The notes under the pieces were generated by a model, which searched no databases, was not told where the DNA came from, and saw only the letters and a program-made list of their open reading frames with translations. From IMG/VR virus record IMGVR_UViG_3300048783_000008, positions 1-43,326 of that record: a DNA stretch of 43,326 bases; one strand, given 5' to 3'. Both the position numbers and the translations under genes were made by a program. Source of the stretch: a virus (lineage: Duplodnaviria; Caudoviricetes). This document shows, piece after piece, positions 26,399 to 35,999 of this stretch; the first letter of the stretch is position 1; each line of letters opens with the position of its first letter.

Positions 26399-29164
26399 TT
26401 ATGCACCTATAGATCGTCTAGTTCTCTTAAGATATTGCTCCCACTGCTTAGCCTTAGTACCCTTATCTCCGGCAGCGTTACGCCGTGCGTTAAGAACGTC
26501 CTCACGACGACGGAACTCGCCCTTCTGACGGGCTGCGGTTACTGGCTGTAGCTGAATACCTAGCAAAGCACTAGTGAGTCCACGGTTGCTACCGCTCGTC
26601 ACAGCTTGAGCAGTGCGTCCGGGAGAAACTTGGCTAACCAGCCAATCCTGCCAGTTCTTAATTGGCGCACCTGTGTACGCACTACGTCCAAATGCGGCCT
26701 CCACAGGAGCCTTTACAAATGGAGTGCTCATGTTAACGACTTCACCAGCTGTGGCTCTAGCACCGGCCGTAAGAGCCGCCCCAGGATGAGCTAGCCCGCC
26801 AGCTTCTACAGCCGCTTGAATTGGCTGAGTGACATTCATGATATCGCCGGCTGGAGTCATACTACTGATCGTAGGCATAAAAGCGGATTCACCTTGCTTT
26901 GCGCCTGATAGCGTACGAATTAGCTTGTCAATTGGGTTGCTGCTCTTGTTATTGGCCAGAGCCACACGAACCGGCATTGAATCACGAATCCATTTAGGAA
27001 CTAAGTAGTCTCCTGAGCCATCCTCAGTTCCAAGCAGACCCTGCATAAGGTCGTTACCCTTAGCATAGCCGGCCATGAAACCCGGACGTGTTAGTAGTAG
27101 CTCCATCTGTAGAGGCGTGTTACGTCGCATCCATGAATAGAATGGAATGGCACGGCGTACATACTGCTTCTCAAAGCCAGACAGTGAGCCGTAGTCTATG
27201 TTGTACTTACGGACTCGTTCACCTGCCTTCATTACTGCGTCGTCATATGGTACACCACGACGTACTTGGTCCTCAGTAGCACTAAGGAAGTGGGCCATGC
27301 GGAAGTAATCTTCACGCGTGTTGTTCCAGTTAGCAATCTTGCCGGCCGCATCGGAAGCCACATTTGAGGCACCAGCCGCCCTATCAATCATGTTGCCAAT
27401 GCCTTCTTTAGCAGAAGGATCTAGGGCAGCAGAAATGTTAGTAGTAATGTCGCCAGTCTTACCACCAGATCGTAGGAAATCACTCCACACACGGTCAGCC
27501 CCAATGCGTTGTCCAGCGAAATCCACCGTACTTGAAACCGGTGCTTTGGCTACTCCGCCCATAATATCAGACAACATTTGAGCCGTATTATTAGCCTTGT
27601 GCTCATTAATGATTCGAAACGCTTGATCGTAGTGCTTTGGGTTCCGTACGCCGTCCATAAAGTTCATGATGGCGTCTGACATTGAATTACGGGTCCAATA
27701 GCCTGGGTTGACTACCGTATTCATAAACTTCCACTTATGTGTAATCTTATCATACCATTTAACGAAGTCCCCACCAACTTGGTTATCGGTCAGAATCTTC
27801 TCAGTACGATTCAGTGCCTTTACTATATGTCCGGGCAAGTACACGTTCTGGTCAGCGAATGCTTTAGTAGCGTCAGACGCAACGTGGTCGTCGGCATTCA
27901 TCCACCCAAGCTTTTCAAGTGTGGGCGTGTTGTTCTTGTCCGCCTCAACGCCAAAGGTGCGGAGTGCGTCCTGTACAAACTCTACCCGACCAACATTCCT
28001 ATAATGCGCTGCTGCCCGCATTTGTAGCATATCAGCTATATCAGTAACTGGTACTACTTCTGGATTATTAGCAAGCGCTCGAAGTGGAGACTTATACAAG
28101 TCAGCAATTCCGGTCTGTCGCTCAAGTCGAGAAGCCGCCACCTTGCTAAGACTTGGGTGGGTTTCGGGCAATCCGTTAGGAAAATACTTGTACACATAAT
28201 TCTCTACAGCCGAATCTGGAGCACGGATGCCCAACTTTACTTCATCCTCATGCATCCGATCAAACAGACCACGAGCCAACTGACGATAATCGTCAAGCGT
28301 ATTTAATCCCTGATTCTTGCCAGTAGGGTTGGCTGGTAATTCATTACCAAGTGTCGTGCCCTCATCCAACGCAAAGCTAACTCTAGTACGCTGATCTGGG
28401 CTAAGGTCTTTGAATACGTCGCCAATTGCCTTCTGGTGGTCCTGGAAAGCAGCAGAGCTTCCTGATTCCCAGACCCTAGCCTTAGCCGCCAAACCATCAG
28501 GTAATTCAGCCGTGTTACTAAACATGCGAGCCAACGAACGGCGGTCAGTGTCCGGCCCAACGATCGTATCGCCAATCACCTTGGCCACTTTACTAGGTGT
28601 GATGATTGACGGACCGATCTTCTTACCAGCGAACTCAACGTAGAGATGTGCTGGATTGTCGGCCATCAACTGGCCTACATGACGATCTACCGCATCGCCA
28701 AGAACTTGTCCTGTAAGGTTCTCGCCCTCTTGCTTAGCGGCCCGAAATGCGGTAGTGTAAGCTTCGGTAGCGCTTAATCCCTTCTCACTCTTAATACCAA
28801 GGTACGTTAACGGATCTAGAGCCACATCAAGGCCAAACCCTCCGATGGACTTGACGGCCTGGTTCTTTACACCAAGTGCGCCAAGTACATCGGAGAAGTT
28901 TGACTGCCCATGCCCAGTGAGCCCTTGTGTAATTCCGCCGACTACGGAGGTAGCAGGGTTTTTATCAACGGCCGCTAAAGCGCCGCCAGCCACAGCACGA
29001 GAAGGACGAGCTAATACGTTGAATAGATCGCCAACAATGCCAGAAGAAATCTGACGGTTTCCCTCATTACCTGCTACATTAGAATCAGAGAAGGCAGGCG
29101 TCCGCTGGCTCATGATCTTCATGAGCGCTTGCTGAGCCTCTTGACCCCACGGCTTCTTGGCCAC
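26399..29164 (-). CDS. Large internal virion / DNA ejection protein
   Basis: 921 aa, helical; DVALDPLTY and IDYG.LS.FEK...AIPFYSW motifs; position after the nozzle genes. Confidence 0.7.
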   Translation of the reverse strand: MAKKPWGQEAQQALMKIMSQRTPAFSDSNVAGNEGNRQISSGIVGDLFNVLARPSRAVAGGALAAVDKNPATSVVGGITQGLTGHGQSNFSDVLGALGVKNQAVKSIGGFGLDVALDPLTYLGIKSEKGLSATEAYTTAFRAAKQEGENLTGQVLGDAVDRHVGQLMADNPAHLYVEFAGKKIGPSIITPSKVAKVIGDTIVGPDTDRRSLARMFSNTAELPDGLAAKARVWESGSSAAFQDHQKAIGDVFKDLSPDQRTRVSFALDEGTTLGNELPANPTGKNQGLNTLDDYRQLARGLFDRMHEDEVKLGIRAPDSAVENYVYKYFPNGLPETHPSLSKVAASRLERQTGIADLYKSPLRALANNPEVVPVTDIADMLQMRAAAHYRNVGRVEFVQDALRTFGVEADKNNTPTLEKLGWMNADDHVASDATKAFADQNVYLPGHIVKALNRTEKILTDNQVGGDFVKWYDKITHKWKFMNTVVNPGYWTRNSMSDAIMNFMDGVRNPKHYDQAFRIINEHKANNTAQMLSDIMGGVAKAPVSSTVDFAGQRIGADRVWSDFLRSGGKTGDITTNISAALDPSAKEGIGNMIDRAAGASNVASDAAGKIANWNNTREDYFRMAHFLSATEDQVRRGVPYDDAVMKAGERVRKYNIDYGSLSGFEKQYVRRAIPFYSWMRRNTPLQMELLLTRPGFMAGYAKGNDLMQGLLGTEDGSGDYLVPKWIRDSMPVRVALANNKSSNPIDKLIRTLSGAKQGESAFMPTISSMTPAGDIMNVTQPIQAAVEAGGLAHPGAALTAGARATAGEVVNMSTPFVKAPVEAAFGRSAYTGAPIKNWQDWLVSQVSPGRTAQAVTSGSNRGLTSALLGIQLQPVTAARQKGEFRRREDVLNARRNAAGDKGTKAKQWEQYLKRTRRSIGA

Positions 29165-29166
29165 AC

Positions 29167-30183
29167 TTACCTCTGACTGTTAATAATGGCTCTAATTGCT
29201 TGTGTAATCTGGTCGTTCTTACCTTGACTGCCTTTTCTGTAAAGGGCGTTAATAACATCCTGAGCCGAAATAGGCATTGCGCCTTGTCCAGGAGCAGGAC
29301 CCATAGGGAAAGTTCTAGGCCCTGGTCCCATAGAGATAGCGCTAGCAGCCCCAAGTTCATTACCAGGCTGCGACCCAGCACCCAAGGCTAATTGACTAGG
29401 GGGCGCCAATTCTTGCATTGGTGCGGCCCCGCCAGCAAACGGCCCACCAGTCCCAGGAACAGTCTGCACATTAGTAAGTCTGTTCTGTGCTTCTGCAAAC
29501 CGGCCTTGCCCTAGTGCACCTCTAGGTGGACCCATTACATCACTTAGGTTCCCATTGCCGGCTACCTGCATAGAGCTTGGTACGCCACTAAGGTCGTCAG
29601 CTAATTCAGGCGCCGACTTAATAGCCGCTTCGCTCAATCTGGGTAGGAACTTAGTCAAGCTGTTCTCCCCTAGTCCAAGCAACTGACCGAAACCTGCTCC
29701 AGTAATTGGATCCCCTGTAGCAAGTGTTCCCTGTGCAGTACGGCGCAACGCCCTAGCCGCAGCTGCGGTTAGTTTAGCTCCGCCGCTTAAACTCTCATCG
29801 TACTTTCCAGCAGTACCGGCACCTTCTACAGCCGCTCCAGCTAAAGCGCCAAGCTTCCCTGCCTCAGCTAGCTTAGCGCCTAAACCAGTCCCACGAGCAA
29901 TTGGACCGGCCATAGTAAGCGGATCGACGGCAATGTCGAGGCTGGTATTAGCTAGCTTCTGTAGAAGACTATTAGTGTTGTTGTCGTTAGGGTTGAAGTC
30001 GACCACGTTACTTGGTCGAATTGGGTTCTTTGCCCCAGCAATAGCGCCGCTGAGTGGGTTGCTAGCCTCTCCAAAGTAGTTAGTAGTCGGAAGGCCAAGC
30101 CCCCGCATACTACCGAGCATTGCACCAGTCATAATTGACTGTGGCTTCTGTAGCATACGAGCTAATTCGTTAAGCCAACTCAT
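29167..30183 (-). CDS. Internal virion / ejection protein
   Basis: G/A-rich; DIAVDPLT motif shared with its neighbour. Confidence 0.6.
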   Translation of the reverse strand: MSWLNELARMLQKPQSIMTGAMLGSMRGLGLPTTNYFGEASNPLSGAIAGAKNPIRPSNVVDFNPNDNNTNSLLQKLANTSLDIAVDPLTMAGPIARGTGLGAKLAEAGKLGALAGAAVEGAGTAGKYDESLSGGAKLTAAAARALRRTAQGTLATGDPITGAGFGQLLGLGENSLTKFLPRLSEAAIKSAPELADDLSGVPSSMQVAGNGNLSDVMGPPRGALGQGRFAEAQNRLTNVQTVPGTGGPFAGGAAPMQELAPPSQLALGAGSQPGNELGAASAISMGPGPRTFPMGPAPGQGAMPISAQDVINALYRKGSQGKNDQITQAIRAIINSQR

Positions 30184-31448
30184 TAGCCACCTGCCCTGAA
30201 CATACTACTGAGTCCATGCACTAGGCCACCCATACGAACTGGGTTCCACCAAGCGTTGTCGATACTGTTATTACCGTAGTCGACACCACCCTTCTGGAAT
30301 ATGCTACCTACTGAGCTTAGTCCTGGACTAGACTGTTGATATGCTGGTTGGGACTGCTGCTGAGCCATAGTACTGTCCCAGAAGTTAGTACCGAAGCCTA
30401 GATCGTGCAGCTGAGAAGCCTTGGTAGCTAGATCCTGTGGGTCACCACTGTAGGAGTCGCCCATTAGGTAGCTAAGCAATGCTGAGTTACCCTGTTCGTT
30501 CGGATCCCCACCCATCATCTGAGCGTTGAACTTCATCCGATCGAACTGGTCACCGCTAATGGCTCGGTTGTTCTCAAACTGCTGTTGCTTACCGCTAGCT
30601 TCGTTCTCTTGCTGCTGTAGGGCCATCATAATCAGGTCCTTCTGCGTTAGCTGACCGGCCTGACTAGAGGCACGACTGGCTCGTGCATCCTCCGCCTGCA
30701 TTTGAGCAGCCTGCATAGCAAGCGAGGCATTAGCCTTCTGCGCTTCCTGATCCAACTGAGCCTGACGGAATGCGTTCTCCCATTCCTGCTGAGCTAACTG
30801 ATTGAACGTACTAATTAGATCGTTCTGCTTAGCACTCAGGATATCAGACAGCTTACCGTACTGCTCGTTCTCGCCCTGGAGGCCGGTAGTCTTGTTCTCA
30901 CCAACCAGCTTAAGTAACTCTGTCTCAAAGTCAGATAGACCTTTAGCTCTGGTCTGCTCCCCAATGTTCTGACCCTGACCTAGAATCTGATCCCATTGAG
31001 TGCCCCAGGTACGGAGGTTACCAGTAGCAGCAGCTTGAGCTTGTGCGTTTTGACCAAGAATATTGGCCAAATCTCCTTCAAGTGGGGTTTGGACTTGCAA
31101 GTTCCCAGCAGCGCCGGCCCCCATTTGCCCAGCTAATGTGCTAAGCCTGGATCGGCCAGCATTTGCAACTGCGTTCTGGTAGGCGTTAGCGGCGTCGTAC
31201 CCACTACCTACCAAGTTCGCAGCTTGCCCGATATCCTGGGCACTCTGCGCCCTATTGGTAGTAAGCAGCCCACCTAGTATGTTATAAACATCTCCAATTG
31301 CTGCACGGCCTTGAGTGCCATACTGATTGAGACCGACCTCATTGGATGCAGTCTGGTCCTTAATCGCCTGGATTTGGCGATTAATGGCGTCCTGCTGCGC
31401 TCCGTACTTAAGGTCAACCTGTGCTTGTGCTGTTTCTTGTGCACCCAT
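30183..31448 (-). CDS. Internal virion / ejection protein (Q/A-rich coiled coil)
   Basis: Composition and synteny. Confidence 0.6.
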   Translation of the reverse strand: MGAQETAQAQVDLKYGAQQDAINRQIQAIKDQTASNEVGLNQYGTQGRAAIGDVYNILGGLLTTNRAQSAQDIGQAANLVGSGYDAANAYQNAVANAGRSRLSTLAGQMGAGAAGNLQVQTPLEGDLANILGQNAQAQAAATGNLRTWGTQWDQILGQGQNIGEQTRAKGLSDFETELLKLVGENKTTGLQGENEQYGKLSDILSAKQNDLISTFNQLAQQEWENAFRQAQLDQEAQKANASLAMQAAQMQAEDARASRASSQAGQLTQKDLIMMALQQQENEASGKQQQFENNRAISGDQFDRMKFNAQMMGGDPNEQGNSALLSYLMGDSYSGDPQDLATKASQLHDLGFGTNFWDSTMAQQQSQPAYQQSSPGLSSVGSIFQKGGVDYGNNSIDNAWWNPVRMGGLVHGLSSMFRAGG

Positions 31449-32468
31449 TTAGAGAGCAACACCTCCCTGGTCAAAGCCATAGGGACGGTCGTTATAGCCT
31501 ACAGGCTGTGGGTAGTAATTAGGCGAGCTAGGTGTGTTCATATCAACAATACGCTTACGTACTGCTGTACGTAGGTCGTCAGGAAGGTTAGGAACTGAAT
31601 AGAGCTGTGTTAGAATTGACATAGGTAGACCAGCAATTACGTTACCTACGTCACCCCAACTGGCACCTTCACCGACACCATACTGAGGAATAGTAATTCC
31701 AATACCTGGGTTACTAGGCATACGCATGGCCGCCATTTGCTGCTGTTGCCACTGCTGTTGCTGAGCATATTGAGCATTCTGCTGAGCAATCATTTGCTGC
31801 TGTAGCTGGTATTGGCGATTAGCTTCATCTTGCCGTGCTTTGGCTTCCGCAGCTTGTCTCGCGGCCTCGAGCCTAGCCTGACGTTCTTCTTCTGCTTGCT
31901 GGGCGTACAAGCCTTCTCTTTGCGCAGCGATGTCTCCTAGGGATCTACCGTATTGGTTCTCAGTATTAGCAACGCCACCAGCGTACTGCTGACCTAGGTT
32001 ACCTACGTAACGATTGTAGTCACCAGTTAGATCGCCAGCAGCCCCAAGTTTAATACCAGAGAAGCCAAGCCCCTGTGAACTCATGCGGTTAGTTAGGGCA
32101 GTTTGAGCCAATTGGTTCTGTCGCTCGGCTTCGGCTGTTGTGTTCTTATAGCCCACATCAAGCGAACTAAGTGCATTAGTGCGGTCAAACCCAGCGTTAG
32201 CAATAGCTCGTTGAAGAGCCTGATCGTACGCAGCATACTTTGCATTAAATGGGAACTGCTTTCCAGATGCGGCAATTGCACCACCGTAATCCTGACGTGT
32301 AATGCCAGCGGCCCCACCGGCTAAGGTGGGGTTAGTATTAGCGAATGGCGAAGTAACTGGAGCGCTAGCACCAGGGTTGTTTGGGTCACCACCCAACTGA
32401 CCAAGTTGAATAGTTGGATCGTCCTCAGGAGTGAGGAGTAGTCCCTTATTGCTTAATGTTCCTGCCAC
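31449..32468 (-). CDS. Internal virion / ejection protein (Q-rich coiled coil)
   Basis: Composition and synteny. Confidence 0.6.
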   Translation of the reverse strand: MAGTLSNKGLLLTPEDDPTIQLGQLGGDPNNPGASAPVTSPFANTNPTLAGGAAGITRQDYGGAIAASGKQFPFNAKYAAYDQALQRAIANAGFDRTNALSSLDVGYKNTTAEAERQNQLAQTALTNRMSSQGLGFSGIKLGAAGDLTGDYNRYVGNLGQQYAGGVANTENQYGRSLGDIAAQREGLYAQQAEEERQARLEAARQAAEAKARQDEANRQYQLQQQMIAQQNAQYAQQQQWQQQQMAAMRMPSNPGIGITIPQYGVGEGASWGDVGNVIAGLPMSILTQLYSVPNLPDDLRTAVRKRIVDMNTPSSPNYYPQPVGYNDRPYGFDQGGVAL

Positions 32469-32766
32469 CTCTCGCCTCCCTAGCCCTGGTCTGCTGACCG
32501 TAATTTGCCATTCTACGTTGCATTGCAGCCTGCATAGCTGGATCTGTTGTATCAGTGAAGTTCATTACCGGGTTCCTGGGCCTACCGGCTCCAGGTGCAC
32601 TCGGCAACCCACCCATGTATACGTTGTTACCACGAGCCATTGAGGCTTGAATTCCACGAGGATCAAAAGCCTGCTGCATAGCCGTTGGATGCTGAATAAT
32701 CTGTTGATCTGTTTGCTGCATTGGTCGCTGAAACGCAGCCAATGGGTCTACACCAATGACACCCAT
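32446..32766 (-). CDS. Small low-complexity protein
   Basis: Packed ORF in the structural operon. Confidence 0.55.
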   Translation of the reverse strand: MGVIGVDPLAAFQRPMQQTDQQIIQHPTAMQQAFDPRGIQASMARGNNVYMGGLPSAPGAGRPRNPVMNFTDTTDPAMQAAMQRRMANYGQQTRAREARGGRNIKQ

Positions 32767-32768
32767 TA

Positions 32769-33224
32769 TTAGACTACCTCAAAGAATACGGCGCACCAGC
32801 GCCAGCGATCATTACCATCGGAGCTAACCGTTCCACTTCCCTGTATAGCCTGTAACGTATGAGAACCAGCAGCTACACCACGTATTTCATTAATAACACT
32901 ATCTGTTAAATGGACATTAGCGATATTATTAAACTGATCAGCGTACCACGGAAGATCAACGCCGTCCCATTTAAACTTTAAACCAACCATTTCTAGGTTT
33001 GCATCCCAATAACTAATCTCGCACCATAGCAATATATCGCACTTGTACGGCACGTTAACGTTAACAGTCTGTGGCCACCCACCATTTACAAGTCCATTGA
33101 CGAAACTTGTCTGCATACTTGCGTGTAGGAGAGCGTCACGGATGCGGTTGAAATTAACCTGGAACGCTGGTACAATAGAGCGATCGAAAGCAGGTGCAGC
33201 CTGTAGCGTTAGATTAATGGCCAT
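32769..33224 (-). CDS. Putative tail needle/tip structural protein
   Basis: Follows the nozzle gene; short helix plus beta-sandwich. Confidence 0.55.
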   Translation of the reverse strand: MAINLTLQAAPAFDRSIVPAFQVNFNRIRDALLHASMQTSFVNGLVNGGWPQTVNVNVPYKCDILLWCEISYWDANLEMVGLKFKWDGVDLPWYADQFNNIANVHLTDSVINEIRGVAAGSHTLQAIQGSGTVSSDGNDRWRWCAVFFEVV

Positions 33225-34777
33225 TAGTTACTCTGCTTTACTGTATCCTTGACTTCATTTAGCCAAGTTACTGAGAACAAATCGAATGGTTGGTTACCGG
33301 TATAAGAAATAGACGCTCCTAAGAATCGGGCGTAGCCAGCCCCACGGTACTTAAGTAGTTTCCTAGAGAGATCGTAAGAAGTTCGAGCCGTAGGAGTAAC
33401 AGTAGTTGGAGTATGGTTACTACCGGTAGGAAGTGCGTCTTTGCGATGCGCTACTGCAACAGACTCTGTATTAGTAAGCATGGCCCCAATATCAAGCGTA
33501 AGTAGGTAATTACGCTTGTATTTACTTGGATCACCCCAAGTGAACATCTTAGATTGCCAGGTTACTGTATAGTTGGAGCCGTTGTCCTGAAATATCTGTT
33601 GCCCCATTGCATAGATTTTATTAACACTCTGGTCACCTACAATCAGTGTAGGTGGCCTAAGTTCAGAATACACCACGGGACCGGCTAGATTTACACCTGT
33701 AGCTACTTGCCAACGGCTCCACGCATCCACTCTAGTATCGTAGACTAGCAGAGTCTTAACGTCACCTACAACATCAGGTAGAAATAAGATGTACTTATCG
33801 TCCCAGAAACACGCATCTCGGCCCAATACGGAACCCGATGTTGAACTCCCAGTATTTGTACGAATAAATACGTCAATAGGCTCACTAATGCGCTCAAAGG
33901 TCGTACCATCCGTACGATACACACCATCGTTAGATAGAAAGTAAATGAACCCACTAATGATTAGTGGAGTTCCGCGTCCTACACAGCCAATTGTTGGGTG
34001 CAACATACGAAGCACCCAACTAGTAGGCTGACCGTCAGCCGTAAGAACGTAAGTTGACCTATTCTTAAAGATTACTAACTGATCGTTGAATGGTATGGTA
34101 GCTACACAGTACTCACCATTAGCCGGTGCTACGTCAAGGAAGTTATTAGCAGGCCAAGTCTCATATGCTGTCGGATCTGAGAACCAAAGTCTAGATTCCT
34201 GTCCCGAAGTGTGTAGACTGTTTATCATAAACAGTCTATCTTTGAATAGACTTAAATGTGTACCGGCCGGACTAGTGGTGAACCCAGGACATACCCCGCC
34301 AACATTGAAACGACACATGCCACCTGTAGAGCGGCAAAGTTTCATTTCATATGGCAGCGACGGTGTACCAGCCAGAATCATCCACTCAGCGCCATCAATT
34401 TGCAAGTTACCTGTTGTAACTGCTGTCCATACAGCAGTTACATAGTCTGCCTCTAGAGTCCATACGTGCGCCTTAGCTATATCTGTAAACCACAAACGGT
34501 TAGCCAAAGAACCAGTAGGACTACGACGCTGAACCCCCAACATACGAACAGTTGTCGGTTGAAACTGAGTTCCGCCAGACGGAACAGTAGCAACAGACGT
34601 TACATTAGCATTCTTAGTAACAAATCCAAGACGTTTTGTCAAAGTCTTAGCTTCAGTGAAATTCAAATTTAGGACTGTAGCGCCCTCATTATCAGCCAAC
34701 GCTGCATTAGCAAGGTCATCAGTGAAGTGGTACGTTCCAAATTCATTGATGGTCTGCGGTGAGTAAGGCTTCGGCAT
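33224..34777 (-). CDS. Tail nozzle / DNA stabilization protein (P22 gp10- or T7 gp12-like beta-propeller)
   Basis: LTKRLG, FKDRLF, RLWFSD..P..WP, LVIFK, IGC, IYFLS.DGVY..DG..F..IS.PI. Confidence 0.75.
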   Translation of the reverse strand: MPKPYSPQTINEFGTYHFTDDLANAALADNEGATVLNLNFTEAKTLTKRLGFVTKNANVTSVATVPSGGTQFQPTTVRMLGVQRRSPTGSLANRLWFTDIAKAHVWTLEADYVTAVWTAVTTGNLQIDGAEWMILAGTPSLPYEMKLCRSTGGMCRFNVGGVCPGFTTSPAGTHLSLFKDRLFMINSLHTSGQESRLWFSDPTAYETWPANNFLDVAPANGEYCVATIPFNDQLVIFKNRSTYVLTADGQPTSWVLRMLHPTIGCVGRGTPLIISGFIYFLSNDGVYRTDGTTFERISEPIDVFIRTNTGSSTSGSVLGRDACFWDDKYILFLPDVVGDVKTLLVYDTRVDAWSRWQVATGVNLAGPVVYSELRPPTLIVGDQSVNKIYAMGQQIFQDNGSNYTVTWQSKMFTWGDPSKYKRNYLLTLDIGAMLTNTESVAVAHRKDALPTGSNHTPTTVTPTARTSYDLSRKLLKYRGAGYARFLGASISYTGNQPFDLFSVTWLNEVKDTVKQSN

Positions 34778-35470
34778 TTACCACCCCTGGCTATACACAG
34801 GATCCACTTCGTCGCGTACCCTAAAGAACTCAAGCTCGGAATGGTCATTGAACTCCGAGAGCATGTTCTTCTTACGTTCTTCGTACATGCGCTTAAAGTA
34901 TTCAGCACCGGTTAAGTCGTTCTCTTGCAATTTACATAAGCGCACGATGTAAGTAGCAAGTAATTCATCAAAGATTACTGGAGTTATTAGTACGTCAGAA
35001 TCGCTGACCAGTGCAGCCGGCCTATTCTGATAATTGACACGGTACAAAGCGCTAGTACCAGGAGTAACAGGCGGATAAGGGATCAAGTGACGCTGTTGAG
35101 CCTGTGAACCAGTCTGGTAATCACTAATTGAGTAACATGTAGGCTGTGCAGCAGTTGGAGTAAGTGTCTGCTGCCCCCACCAGCTAGCAAGAGGTATGCG
35201 CTGGAGCCTCGTTAAAGGACCACCAATGCCCATAGCTACATTAATTTCCACTACGAAGTCAGCCGGCAGCAGAACTCCACCAATAACCTCAAAGTTAGAG
35301 AGTACTGTTGGATTACCTACAAGAACTGTCTCCAGCATCTTGAAATCTCGGCAAATCTCAGCCTGACCCCAATTAAGGTACCTAAGTACGTCAGTAGCAG
35401 TAAACATAGCCAAATCAACGTCACCAGTCAATGACCCCACAGCATCCTTAATATTGAGAACTGTCGTCAT
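34778..35470 (-). CDS. Head-tail adaptor protein
   Basis: Helical ends (YLNWGQ.EI; P..FDELL) with a beta insert; synteny. Confidence 0.7.
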   Translation of the reverse strand: MTTVLNIKDAVGSLTGDVDLAMFTATDVLRYLNWGQAEICRDFKMLETVLVGNPTVLSNFEVIGGVLLPADFVVEINVAMGIGGPLTRLQRIPLASWWGQQTLTPTAAQPTCYSISDYQTGSQAQQRHLIPYPPVTPGTSALYRVNYQNRPAALVSDSDVLITPVIFDELLATYIVRLCKLQENDLTGAEYFKRMYEERKKNMLSEFNDHSELEFFRVRDEVDPVYSQGW

Positions 35471-35907
35471 GAATCAGTGACCTTTACGATTTCGCCCTCA
35501 TGGCCTTCACGAGGGTCTTTGAATGTGTAGCTAGATCCCTTATGCCGAGCGGCGTGAACAATTAGGTCCCGGCAATAATCACGCCAACCAAGCTGTTCGT
35601 CGCTACGACCCTTTCGGACCTTGTCATTCTTCTTATCTAGAAGTTTCAGTACGTCGTGCTTAGTGGTGTCAGCTTCGTGGAGCAAGTCCAGTAGCCTATC
35701 GTCAAGTTGCCATACACCCAGTACTGGCTCGTCTCTGCCATCTCGTGTACGTTCAACGACCATAAACGGGTATTCCCCAATAGCTGGATCTGCACAGTAT
35801 TGGACCCTAAGTTCTGGGTAGAGCCGCTCAATCTCTCTAACAACTCGTGCGACATCATCGTCTACTTCGGCCCACTTGCCTTCGTGCGTTAATGCATTCC
35901 AGGTCAC
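35467..35907 (-). CDS. Hypothetical protein
   Basis: GAGG SD; ORF after the capsid hairpin. Confidence 0.7.
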   Translation of the reverse strand: MTWNALTHEGKWAEVDDDVARVVREIERLYPELRVQYCADPAIGEYPFMVVERTRDGRDEPVLGVWQLDDRLLDLLHEADTTKHDVLKLLDKKNDKVRKGRSDEQLGWRDYCRDLIVHAARHKGSSYTFKDPREGHEGEIVKVTDS

Positions 35908-35920
35908 AACAACCTCATTA

Positions 35921-35991
35921 GGTAGAGAGAAAAGCCCCCTTTACCTATGCCGAAGCACAAGCAAAGGGGGCTAATCTACTTCCTCTCTACC
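35921..35991 (-). terminator. Post-capsid hairpin with UU/UU internal loop and UUCG cap
   Basis: Minus strand: AGA-TT-AGCCCCCTTT...TGC-TTCG-GCA...AAAGGGGGCT-TT-TCT, outer GGTAGAG/CTCTACC. Confidence 0.75.
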
Positions 35992-35999
35992 AAGAGGCC

